Shown here: piece by piece, positions 10,645 to 19,834 of the stretch
Numbering within the stretch: position 1 is the stretch's first letter
How the letters are laid out: every line of letters starts with the position of its first letter
Source: Flavobacteriales bacterium
GTDB lineage: Bacteria; Bacteroidota; Bacteroidia; Flavobacteriales_F; PHOS-HE28
Direction: 5' to 3'
NCBI GenBank assembly: GCA_031411095.1
Contig: JANOAK010000023.1
Coordinates: 13,896 to 77,895, forward strand
DNA: 64,000 nucleotides
Notes under the pieces: generated by a model
The model's input: the letters and a program-made list of their open reading frames with translations, nothing else
Told to the model about the DNA's origin: nothing
Databases searched by the model: none
Made by a program: the position numbers and the translations under genes

Positions 10645-12417
10645 TCAGCGGGGAGCTGAAAGTCGCACACGAAGACCCTTGAGCTGAACGGTGCCTTTGC
10701 CGTTGAGCCAGATGTAGCAGCGCAGCTCCTCACCCGGTGCGGGCGGCGGTACGGTGATCGCGTATCGCCATGCACGCCATGCGCGATCATCGGCCAAGGG
10801 GATGTCATTCAGCGGCCAGGCCTGGTAACCACGCTCCGTCTCGCCCTTCCGCAGTGTGCAGATGAAATAGGCGTGGTCGCTCGCGCCCAACTCCAAGGCC
10901 CGGCGTTGCAGGCTGGCCTCGAGATGAAGCTGGCGACCGGTCGGAAGATCACCCGGGGGCAGGATGAACGCTGGGGAGAACGGATGCGCTGTGTCCAGTT
11001 GGATGATCATGTCCGATCCCACCACCATGACCGAGCCACCTGACCACCGCGTACGATCACGCACGTCATCGGATGCGGTGAGCAGTTGAAGTCCGCGGGG
11101 CGCATAAGGCTCCACACGGTTCGCTCCGCTGAAGGCACCTCGCCAGCGGTCGTGTTTGCGCAGGAGGACAGCGCGGTACTTCTCCCGATCCATGTTGTAC
11201 GGGTGGATGATGCCCACGTGATATTGCCACACCTGGAAGCATTGAAGCCATAACAATGGCACCACCAACAGCATGGTCCCTTTGCGGACCCGGACGGGAA
11301 GTGCATGGAAAAGGAACGCGATCGGGATCGCAAAGAGGGGCAGGAGATCGACGAACGGTCGCGCGCCATACGAATAGCCATAATACCAGATCCACCAACA
11401 GCCGATCACATAGGCTGCGGCGAACAACGCGAGCAGCAGTGAGCCGGCAGCGACCCGCGACCCGCGCGCCAGCACCCACAGACCGGGCAAAGCGAACAAC
11501 AGCAATGGCCAATAGAAGAAGAGTCCTTTGCGCGCGCCGAACAGCAGCGACCACAGCATGGGCCTGTTCCAAAGGAAGCCCTCGCCCGTGTACGGCTGTA
11601 CGAAGAAATGTCCGCATTGGGCATGCCAGAGGATCGGCTGCAGCATGATCACGCCGAGGAACACGGCGATAGCGGGGATCACCATGACAGGGGTGAGCGC
11701 TTGCCACAACTGGCGGAACGAGCGTTGTGTGCCCACTGACACAACAGGCAGGGCAAGCAGCGCGATAAGGTCGGTGGGACGGACGAGCGCAAGGAGCGCA
11801 ATGGACAGCGCAAGCAATGACACGTGCATCCCGGAAGGGGATCGCCATGCGCGTTGGGCCGCATCCAGCACCCAGGCCAGCATCGCGAAGGCATACACAT
11901 GCGACATGGCCGGTGTCATCACGGCGTAGTAACCAAGGCCGGTGCCGAAACAGATGATGGTCAACGCAAGGGCGACGGCGTGTTCGTCCAGAGAGAGCCC
12001 TTCGAGGAAAGAGCGCAAGCGGAAAAGCCCGAAACCGAGGAAGAGCAACGCGCTGGTCCCGATCGCGATGGCGTATGGGAGGGAACGTCCATCGGCGGGT
12101 TGTCCGGTCACCTGGCTGAGCAGATGTGCTCCGATCACGAGGGGTGCTTCGAGCACGGCCGTGCCGCAGAAGTACTTGATCACCTGTCCGTCACCGGCGG
12201 GCGCGAAATGATGCTGCGCTGTTCGCACCTGGGCCAGGTCGCCCTGCACCACGGCGCCCTCGAGGTAGGCGTAGTACCCTTCGCCATCGCTGGAGATCAC
12301 GGACCTCCATCCATCACCTGCGGGTCCGACGAAACGCCAGGCCACGGAGAACACCGTACATACGGCCATGAAAACGATGATCACCGCGTTCGACAAGCGG
12401 CGCTCACGCGTCATCAT
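10645..12417 (-). CDS. Polytopic membrane protein (GT39/ArnT-like fold possible) with soluble C-terminal domain
   Basis: At least 10 hydrophobic helices. High-GC codon bias. ATGA overlap with the upstream metalloprotease gene. Confidence 0.5.
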   Translation of the reverse strand: MMTRERRLSNAVIIVFMAVCTVFSVAWRFVGPAGDGWRSVISSDGEGYYAYLEGAVVQGDLAQVRTAQHHFAPAGDGQVIKYFCGTAVLEAPLVIGAHLLSQVTGQPADGRSLPYAIAIGTSALLFLGFGLFRLRSFLEGLSLDEHAVALALTIICFGTGLGYYAVMTPAMSHVYAFAMLAWVLDAAQRAWRSPSGMHVSLLALSIALLALVRPTDLIALLALPVVSVGTQRSFRQLWQALTPVMVIPAIAVFLGVIMLQPILWHAQCGHFFVQPYTGEGFLWNRPMLWSLLFGARKGLFFYWPLLLFALPGLWVLARGSRVAAGSLLLALFAAAYVIGCWWIWYYGYSYGARPFVDLLPLFAIPIAFLFHALPVRVRKGTMLLVVPLLWLQCFQVWQYHVGIIHPYNMDREKYRAVLLRKHDRWRGAFSGANRVEPYAPRGLQLLTASDDVRDRTRWSGGSVMVVGSDMIIQLDTAHPFSPAFILPPGDLPTGRQLHLEASLQRRALELGASDHAYFICTLRKGETERGYQAWPLNDIPLADDRAWRAWRYAITVPPPAPGEELRCYIWLNGKGTVQLKGLRVRLSAPR

Positions 12418-14534
12418 GGTCGGTGTTCGATCCGTCCACGACGGGTGAGTTTCCGCAATTGTTTGCGCGTGGCCTTCACCTCTGCACTGCCGTGCGTAAT
12501 GATGCGCGAGGTACTGTCGGCGAGGAGCCGAGCCTTGGGTTCCATGGTCAGCACGGTCCCAGGCATCAAGTGGAGGGTGGATCCGTTCCTCAATTCCAAT
12601 GTCGCACTGGGTTCCAGATGCACAAGCCCTCCGGCATCCACCGTGAGACCTGTCGCATTGCTGAAATAGGAGAAGCCTCCCACCTCCTGTGGTTTGTCGA
12701 TCCGCGTGGGTGTGCGCGACCGGTCGATAAGGACCGTGCGTCCTTTGCCGATGTGCAAGGCATGCCCGGCGTATCCCTTCACCGCATGCAGCACAATGCT
12801 GTCAGCGCACCAACGCACATCGCGGTCCACGAAGGTGTCGTTGTTACGCACCCGCACGCGCATGCTGCCATCGGTGCGCTGTTCCAGGAACTTCACGCTA
12901 AGGCCGGCGAGGTGCACGGTGCGGTTGTTGGGCCGTCCACGTTTGAAGGCATCCTTGCCCGGTGTGCTCACGAGCGTGAGCATGTTCGCCAGCGCCGGAT
13001 CGCTGCACATGCTCATTCCGCTGTTGCCTTGGGGTCTGAACGCCTGGCGTGTGTGGCCGAAGAACATGGCCTCATCGAGGTATGCCCCATCGCGCTCCTC
13101 CACGCGTGGCATGAGCCCTTCCTTCGACCGTGACACCACACCATCCTGGTTGGTGTCGAACACCGGGATCTCCAGTTCGCTGGCACCCGTGAGCGGATTG
13201 CTCCAGCGTTCCCTCGCCACCAGCGGAAGTGTCCAACTGGACCACAGGCACTGATAGGTCACCGTGTCGCCACGCAGGTAGTAGTCGTTGAATCCACTGG
13301 CGGGCATGGCGCGCAGGTAGTCCGCATCGCCACCGAAGATGTCCTTGCCACGCTTCCGCTCGCGGTCCACTTGCATCATGGCGAAGATGCCGGGTGCGGC
13401 CTTGCGGACGCAGGACATCTCATTCTCGTAGTGGAAACGGTCCGTGGGCGAACCATTGCGCGACCAGGTCTGGTGGTTCTCCAGCCAGAGCCATTGCGGG
13501 AACTCGTCGTCGCCGAGGTAGGGCATACGGATCCGGATGGCATCGCCAGAGGTCACAAAGTCGCGGAGCGTGAAGGTGCCTGTGTCCCCGTTCAAGGGGT
13601 CCAGATCCCCGTTCACGGCACCGCCGTTCCCGTCTCGCGCGGTGATGGGGAAGGGAGCGTCCTTGGCCTTCCACCCCAACCGGTAGCGGTCCCAGCCACT
13701 GCAGGTCAACAGGCTGCTGCTGGCCGCGCCCATCATGCTCCAACCGCCCTGCAGTGGAATGAAGTAACCCTGGAACTGCGAGGCATTGCCGCCGCCGCTA
13801 TGGAAGTTGTTGCCGCCGAGGAGCAGGTGGTTGAACTCGTGCTTGAGGATCTCGAAGGGCAGGGCGTTCATGCCGCCGAAGCGGCTTTGTGTGTCGCTCT
13901 CGAAGCCGATGAGTTTGCCAGGACTTCCGGGGTCGGTGCTGCCCTGGCCGTGTGTCAGGCCGCTGTTGCGCGCGATCACCATCACGTGGTCGTAGCGATG
14001 CGGATCGTCGGGCTGGTTCACCTTGGGCAGTCCGGGTTTGCCACCGTCCTTCCACAGATCGAAGTCCTCGATCCGCAGGCCATGACGAGTGCGAAGGGTG
14101 CCCATCTTGTTCGCCTCCTTCACCGCCGCTGTCCCGATGCTGTGGGCACTACCCACTTCAGGGTACTCGCTCTCCTTGAGCACCATCTGCTGATCGATGT
14201 AGTCGCCGAGCACGATGAAGTCGCCAAGCGAGATGTCGTGGTAGTACCGGGTGATCGTCGCGGTGGGCAGGGGTTTGGGCTGCGGGTCGAACAGGTCGTC
14301 CTTCCAGGTGGGCAGTTGTCCCTTGACCCAGTGTTCGGCCCCACCCGCCTGGGGGTCCTTGCCGGGGTTCTTGTCGTACACGATCTCGCAGAAGAGTACC
14401 AGCACGCGAATGGTGCCGTGCGGGCTCAGGCTGCTGCCGTTCTCGCTGAAGGGGATGGTGGTGCTGTCGGTCTGGGCGAGAGCGGCTCGGTGACCAACGA
14501 TGCACACCAGGAGCGTTGCAAGCAAAAGGCGCAT
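12414..14534 (-). CDS. Secreted zinc metallopeptidase-like protein (HExxH) with beta-rich C-terminal region
   Basis: Signal peptide MRLLLATLLVCIVG...ALAQ. HEFNH zinc-binding motif. Confidence 0.55.
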   Translation of the reverse strand: MRLLLATLLVCIVGHRAALAQTDSTTIPFSENGSSLSPHGTIRVLVLFCEIVYDKNPGKDPQAGGAEHWVKGQLPTWKDDLFDPQPKPLPTATITRYYHDISLGDFIVLGDYIDQQMVLKESEYPEVGSAHSIGTAAVKEANKMGTLRTRHGLRIEDFDLWKDGGKPGLPKVNQPDDPHRYDHVMVIARNSGLTHGQGSTDPGSPGKLIGFESDTQSRFGGMNALPFEILKHEFNHLLLGGNNFHSGGGNASQFQGYFIPLQGGWSMMGAASSSLLTCSGWDRYRLGWKAKDAPFPITARDGNGGAVNGDLDPLNGDTGTFTLRDFVTSGDAIRIRMPYLGDDEFPQWLWLENHQTWSRNGSPTDRFHYENEMSCVRKAAPGIFAMMQVDRERKRGKDIFGGDADYLRAMPASGFNDYYLRGDTVTYQCLWSSWTLPLVARERWSNPLTGASELEIPVFDTNQDGVVSRSKEGLMPRVEERDGAYLDEAMFFGHTRQAFRPQGNSGMSMCSDPALANMLTLVSTPGKDAFKRGRPNNRTVHLAGLSVKFLEQRTDGSMRVRVRNNDTFVDRDVRWCADSIVLHAVKGYAGHALHIGKGRTVLIDRSRTPTRIDKPQEVGGFSYFSNATGLTVDAGGLVHLEPSATLELRNGSTLHLMPGTVLTMEPKARLLADSTSRIITHGSAEVKATRKQLRKLTRRGRIEHRP

Positions 14535-14548
14535 AGCGCCAAAGTACG

Positions 14549-15064
14549 CTACGCCTTCGGAGCCTTGAACAACGGCACCGTGCTGCAGGGCTCACCGAAC
14601 ATCAGGCTCTTCACCACGGGCATCAGTTTTGCGCTCAGTTCAACGTACGCATTGAGCGGCACGGGCAACTTGCTGCAGCCCTTCACCACAACGCGCGCCC
14701 CGCGGTAAGGTTCCACCTGGAACGACTCGGCGAACGTGGTGAACACGGCGCGCTCCAGCTGTTCGGCATCGCCTTGGGTGATGAACGCGGCATGAGGTTG
14801 CAGGTGCGTGGCCACCAGCATGTAGGCCCACGTAGGGATGATCGCGTCGGCCGAACAATGCACGGAAACGAGCTTCCCCGCGTACTGCGACCAGTCGTGC
14901 GTTCGGCAGAACGCGCGCAGCTCATCCTCCTTCAACGCGATCTCCTGCCACAGCAAGGGCTTCAGGTCGAAGACCACGCGTTCGCCGTGCGGATAGAGCT
15001 CCTCAAGGTCGAGGGTGATGAGGCCGCTGCTGGCGACCTTGTTGATGATGGGCTGATCGGACAT
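14549..15064 (-). CDS. DUF2480 family protein
   Basis: MSDQPIINKVASSGLITLDLEELYP matches conserved Bacteroidota DUF2480 N-termini. Start set at the internal ATG. Confidence 0.6.
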   Translation of the reverse strand: MSDQPIINKVASSGLITLDLEELYPHGERVVFDLKPLLWQEIALKEDELRAFCRTHDWSQYAGKLVSVHCSADAIIPTWAYMLVATHLQPHAAFITQGDAEQLERAVFTTFAESFQVEPYRGARVVVKGCSKLPVPLNAYVELSAKLMPVVKSLMFGEPCSTVPLFKAPKA

Positions 15065-15232
15065 CGGGGTACGAAGATCGGCGATCCCAACGGGTTCCGT
15101 GCAGCGCTCCATGAGTCCACTAGATCATCATGCAGGAGCACAGGGCAACCTCCTCGCGGTGAACGCCAAGCGATCGGTCGGGACCGTATGACCAACACCA
15201 CCCGGCCCTCAGAGCTGCATGCTCCGCAAGGT

Positions 15233-15688
15233 TCATTCCGTGAAGGCGCTGAGCATCCAGTGATGCTTCTCCAATTGCTTGATGAAGCCCTTCACCATCT
15301 CCTCGGTGCCCATGTCGTGGAGTTCCACGGCCGTATCCACGGCCTCCACGGCGAGATCGAGGAGCATGACGTAGTCTGCCAGGAGGTTGCGCACCAAGCG
15401 ATCGGAGGCAGGCACCGATGTGTCCTCCTCGACCGTGCTCTGGGCGAGGAACTCCTTGAAGGTGCTCAACGGGCGCTGGTGGAATACGCGGATCCGCTCG
15501 GCGATCAGATCAATGTTCAGTTGGGCCTCCTGGTATTGCACCTCCAACTCGACATGCAGGTCGAAGAAGTCGCTGCCCTTCACGTTCCAGTGGTAGTTGC
15601 GCAACTTCTGGTAGTGTACCTGGTAGTTGGCCAGCAGGGCGTTCAGTTCTCCAGCGGTCCGCTCGCGCTCGGCCAGCGACCAATGCAA
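15233..15688 (-). CDS. dps: Dps / ferritin-like DNA-protection protein
   Basis: LANYQVHYQKLRNYHWNVKGSDFFDLH...ferroxidase-site motifs. Apparent TTG start. Confidence 0.8.
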   Translation of the reverse strand: MHWSLAERERTAGELNALLANYQVHYQKLRNYHWNVKGSDFFDLHVELEVQYQEAQLNIDLIAERIRVFHQRPLSTFKEFLAQSTVEEDTSVPASDRLVRNLLADYVMLLDLAVEAVDTAVELHDMGTEEMVKGFIKQLEKHHWMLSAFTE

Positions 15689-16026
15689 CGTGTGGCGCTG
15701 CTTCGAAGTGGCCGTGCTTTTGGACTTGCCGTGGGTGGTGCGGTCTTGGTGCTCATGGCGAGAGAGGTTGATCTGCCGTAGAGGGAACCATCACCCGTGC
15801 CGGGCAGGGAATGGAGGCTAGGCAACGGCCGCCCGGTCCGACCAAGGGGAGGGCTTTCCCCATACGGGATGGCGGCCATTCCCCGATCCGTCCGTGCCGC
15901 TTTCGGAAAAGTGGCACGTTCATAAGTCACGAGGCGCTTGGGATCGAGGGGTATGCGATGCACGTTGGGTGGGGTGCCCCGGAGGAGGGCATGGAATGTG
16001 AACGTGTCGTACCAAAGCGCACAACC

Positions 16027-16221
16027 ATGGGAAACCTCGTACCCAAGTTGCACTTCTGGATGCACGAAGCCGGTCATTGGCTGCACACGTGGGATGGTGA
16101 TCTGGACCGTTTGGAACGGTTCGCCTCCAGCTTCGGTGAGAGCTACATGCGAAAGCTGGATATGGGCTTCATCGCGCTGGGTTCTGCGCTCTGTGCGTTG
16201 ATGGGGCTCATGTTCGGTTAG
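16027..16221 (+). CDS. Possible small hypothetical protein (64 aa) in a long intergenic region
   Basis: ATG-initiated ORF with strong GC3 bias and a hydrophobic C-terminus. No homology recognised. Confidence 0.25.
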   Translation: MGNLVPKLHFWMHEAGHWLHTWDGDLDRLERFASSFGESYMRKLDMGFIALGSALCALMGLMFG

Positions 16222-16325
16222 GCGGCGATCCCTGTGCATCGGAAGAGGTCCTGGGCCAGGACATTACGCCCTCTGAAGGTCACAGGTCCATAGCGCGCCG
16301 CGTTCATTTCAGGCCGAGGGCAAGG

Positions 16326-17408
16326 TCATGGGTCCCTCCATGGACCACCGCGCGTGACATTCATGAAGGAGGAGCCATTGAACCGGAACAACCCGCCGGA
16401 AAAGCCGAACCACAGCCTGCCGTGCCGGTCCTCCACGAATGCTTGGATGGCGAAGTACACAGTAAGGTCCTGCCGGTCGGTCTTGTCGAACAGCGTGAAT
16501 GTGTTACCGTCAAAGCGGTAGGCCCCCACACGTATAGCACCGATCCAGAGGTTCCCGGATCGATCCGTGTAGAGGTTGTAGATGTCGTTCGCCGTAAGCC
16601 CTTTCAGTTCGGGGAACTGCGTGAACGTCTTCCCATCGTACCGGCTCACACCACCTTCATTGATCGGCGGGAAGTCGGAGGTGATGGACCCGAACCAGAT
16701 GTTGCCCTGTGCATCCTCTACGATGCTCGCGACGTTGCTGCTGCAGAGGCCGTCCTTTTTTGTGAAGTGGGTGAATGCTGCGCCATCATACCTGCATGCT
16801 CCATAACCATCCCGGGCGAACCAAATGTTCCCTTTGCTGTCCTCGAAAAGGTCCCACACCTGGCCCGGTGCCATCTTATAGCTGAGGGTATTGATCACGG
16901 GAACAGGAAGCGGAAAGGCGATGAAGCGGTTGTCCTCGAAGCGGAAAACGCCTATGCTCGTGCCGGCCCAAACAGCCCCGTTGCGATCAACCATCACTTT
17001 GCAGCCCGAGCCCAACAACCCTTCCGCTGGGCCGAAGCCGGTGAATGTTGCGCCATCATATCGGGAAGCGCCCGTGTGTGTTCCGAACCAGAGGTTCCCC
17101 CCGCGATCTTCCGCGATACCCGTGACCACGTCACCGATCAGGCCTTCCCCCATGGAGAAATATTGGAGCGACCTTCCATCGTAGCGGGCCACGCCTTGTC
17201 CGTTGGTCCCGAACCACAAATTGCCCTGCCTGTCCTCGAAGGCCGCCACGATGTACTCAGCGACCTGGGCGGTGTCGCTGCCCGTGAGCGCGGGATCGTT
17301 CGCCGCACTCACTTGCGATACGTGTGCGCTAGGCCGCCCTTTGCAGGATAGGAACAGCATGCCGAACGCAAGGGGCCCGATCGCCATGCTCATGTTGGAT
17401 CCGCGCAT
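16326..17408 (-). CDS. Two-component-regulator propeller (Reg_prop) repeat protein, secreted/lipoprotein
   Basis: Repeated GNLWFGT..G..RYDG units (PF07494-like) and an N-terminal signal ending in LSC. Confidence 0.7.
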   Translation of the reverse strand: MRGSNMSMAIGPLAFGMLFLSCKGRPSAHVSQVSAANDPALTGSDTAQVAEYIVAAFEDRQGNLWFGTNGQGVARYDGRSLQYFSMGEGLIGDVVTGIAEDRGGNLWFGTHTGASRYDGATFTGFGPAEGLLGSGCKVMVDRNGAVWAGTSIGVFRFEDNRFIAFPLPVPVINTLSYKMAPGQVWDLFEDSKGNIWFARDGYGACRYDGAAFTHFTKKDGLCSSNVASIVEDAQGNIWFGSITSDFPPINEGGVSRYDGKTFTQFPELKGLTANDIYNLYTDRSGNLWIGAIRVGAYRFDGNTFTLFDKTDRQDLTVYFAIQAFVEDRHGRLWFGFSGGLFRFNGSSFMNVTRGGPWRDP

Positions 17409-17420
17409 CGTTCCGAGTTC

Positions 17421-17876
17421 TTAATGGCCGCTCCATCCCGGCAAGGCAGCCGCCTGCTTCAGCCAATCCATGAACTGCACCTCATCGAGAAGGCCATCCT
17501 CGTGCAGGTGCACGTAGCGCGCATTGGGGTCCTTCGACTCCACCGGCGGCATGGGCTTCAGCTGGCGGCCGAAGAAGAAGTTGATCTTGACGTACTTGGC
17601 AAAAATGTGATAGCTCACGAACCAGCCCTGCCCCTCCATGCCGTAAAAGGGCGAATTCCACTTCACGGCCTTCTTCACCTGGGGTACCGCACGTACGATC
17701 AATGCATCGATGCGCTTGCATGCCTCCCGCTTCCACCCGGGTGCGGCATCGATATAGGCTTGCACGGGCGCATCGCCTTCGGCCTTGGCGATCTGCGGAT
17801 TACCACCGGAGAGGAGCTTCACCGGCTTCGCTTTCGGCGGCGGGCTCTTCGGTCGGGGTTTGGCCTGCTTGCCCAT
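17421..17876 (-). CDS. DUF1801 (YdhG-like) domain protein
   Basis: YdhG-like core with a Lys/Pro-rich N-terminal tail. Confidence 0.6.
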   Translation of the reverse strand: MGKQAKPRPKSPPPKAKPVKLLSGGNPQIAKAEGDAPVQAYIDAAPGWKREACKRIDALIVRAVPQVKKAVKWNSPFYGMEGQGWFVSYHIFAKYVKINFFFGRQLKPMPPVESKDPNARYVHLHEDGLLDEVQFMDWLKQAAALPGWSGH

Positions 17877-17880
17877 CGGT

Positions 17881-18279
17881 TCACTTCCTGGTGGCCGTTG
17901 CCTTGTTCTGTGTCACCGCCGCCTTCACCAATGCCTTGAATGCACGCGCGTTCACCTGTTCGCCTTCCTTGATATCGATCGCACGACGGGTCGCGCCGGT
18001 GCCAGGAGCATTGAACAGACCTGTGGGATCCGGCAAGCTGGCCCCATAGGCGAAGGTCAGCTTCACCTTGTCCTTGTACTTCTCACCGGTGCAGATCATG
18101 CCGCTGTGCGACCACAAGGAAACCCCATCAGGGTTCGATGGCTTCTTCCATTTCTGCTCTTCGCTGACGTCCGGAGCGGCTTCCAGGATGAGCGAGCGCA
18201 CATGGGCAAGGATGTCTTCGCGCCAATCGCCCGCAGAAGGCTTCGAGGCTGTTCGGGTCTTCGTCGTTTTCGCGGGCAT
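17881..18279 (-). CDS. DUF1801 (YdhG/YdeI-like) domain protein, tandem paralog
   Basis: MPAKTTKTRTASKPSAGDWREDILAHVRSLILEAAP... Start placed at the internal ATG because the upstream part of the ORF overlaps the FAD-oxidoreductase gene. Confidence 0.5.
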   Translation of the reverse strand: MPAKTTKTRTASKPSAGDWREDILAHVRSLILEAAPDVSEEQKWKKPSNPDGVSLWSHSGMICTGEKYKDKVKLTFAYGASLPDPTGLFNAPGTGATRRAIDIKEGEQVNARAFKALVKAAVTQNKATATRK

Positions 18280-18491
18280 GTTCGTTCTCGTTGGAGCGAG
18301 CCAAAGTTGCGATGGAATACATGCATATGACCATCTGCGGTCCCAGACACGTGACACGGAAGGGCGGAAAGGAAAGTAGGCGCCGCAAGCAGCCCGCGCG
18401 GTCAGGTCAATAGGATCGTCCTGTTCTTCGTGTAGACCGCGATGATACCGACCCGCCAACGTCCCATGAAGCCGACCATGGTCGGTGATGG

Positions 18492-19697
18492 CTAGCGGAT
18501 GGAAGAGCGCTGGAACCCGAACAACTCGGCCGCCGTGGATGGTTGACCCATGACCGCATCGCGCACGATGTTGGCCCCTACCTGACTGAAGGTAATGCCA
18601 TTGCCGCCCATGCCCAGTACGAACCACGCACCGGTGTGCTCGTCGCGATCGATATAAGGCAGGCCGTCCTGTGTGCTCCCGAACGTGCCACACCAAGCGT
18701 ATTCCACGCGGAAGGGAAGGTCGGGGAACAGTTTCCCGAAGTGCACCGCCAACTGTTCCGCCTTGCGCTCCAGTAGTCTGTCCCTGCGGGCCGGATCGCG
18801 GAATGGTTCGTCCAGTCCTCCGATGATGATGCGTCCGTCGGGAGTGGTCCGCAGGTAGAGGTAGGGGCGGTCCGTTTCCCAGATGAAGCAGTCCTGGTGC
18901 CAGAAGGTGTCACGTTCCATGCGTTCACTCGCTACGGCATAGGTGGAGTTCAAGGTCATCACCGGTTCGGGCAGAAGGGCTTGGCTCTCGTAGCCGGTGG
19001 CCATCACCAGATGCTCAGCCCGTATGATGAACCCGTCGGGGGTTTGGATCACAAAAGCGTTGCCTTCGCGCGTGAAGCCCTTCATGGCTGTTCGCTCGAA
19101 CACGTGTCCTTTGCGGGCGATGATATCCTGGAACAAGGCGTGGGTGAACGCGTAGGGATCGATCTCCGCAGCTGGCCGGCACAGGAGCGCCGCAGGTTTG
19201 GAGAAGCCGAACAGGGTCTTCACGGTCGCCGCCTCCAGGAAGTCGACCGCGAAGCCATGCCGGGTCCGCAGTTCGTACTCAGCGCGCAGGCGTTCCACAT
19301 GGCTGCGGCGGCTCGCATACTGAAGACTCTCCCGCGCCCGCACCTGCACGCCCAGTGACGTTGCGAGCCGGATCAGTTGCTGGACCGCCTCGGCACATAG
19401 GCGATAGCTGTCGACCGCGGCCTCCATGCCCACGATCCCGCTTAGCTCATGCAGGGGCGTATCGATCTCGTACTGCAACAGCGCCGTGCTGGCAGCCGTG
19501 CTACCTGTGGCGATGGCCCGCTGGTCGATGACGGCGACGCGCGCGCCGGCCGATGTGCACGCATGCGCACACAGCGCACCGGTGATGCCGCCGCCGATGA
19601 CAAGCACATCGCAGCGGTGATCCGCAGAAAGCGCAGGGTACAAATATGGCAGGCCGTTCCGGATCAGGAAGTAGGGCAGTCCGGAGTGAAGGTCCAT
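18492..19697 (-). CDS. FAD-dependent oxidoreductase (DAO family)
   Basis: GxGxxG dinucleotide motif VLVIGGGITGA. DAO-like length and architecture. Confidence 0.75.
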   Translation of the reverse strand: MDLHSGLPYFLIRNGLPYLYPALSADHRCDVLVIGGGITGALCAHACTSAGARVAVIDQRAIATGSTAASTALLQYEIDTPLHELSGIVGMEAAVDSYRLCAEAVQQLIRLATSLGVQVRARESLQYASRRSHVERLRAEYELRTRHGFAVDFLEAATVKTLFGFSKPAALLCRPAAEIDPYAFTHALFQDIIARKGHVFERTAMKGFTREGNAFVIQTPDGFIIRAEHLVMATGYESQALLPEPVMTLNSTYAVASERMERDTFWHQDCFIWETDRPYLYLRTTPDGRIIIGGLDEPFRDPARRDRLLERKAEQLAVHFGKLFPDLPFRVEYAWCGTFGSTQDGLPYIDRDEHTGAWFVLGMGGNGITFSQVGANIVRDAVMGQPSTAAELFGFQRSSIR

Positions 19698-19834
19698 GCG
19701 GGCGCCGTGAAGAGATCGAGTACGGCTTGATGGACAGGACCCAACAAGTGTACCATCCTTGGAAGTGAGTATTGGCTATACCGGTCCCTTGGTCGATCGT
19801 CCGATGCCATGGCCTTCGGGCGCACCCTTGCACC

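Noticed and set aside
14774-15781. 335-aa plus-strand ORF antisense to the DUF2480 and dps genes
   Set aside because: The minus-strand genes have clear family matches. The plus ORF is low-complexity.
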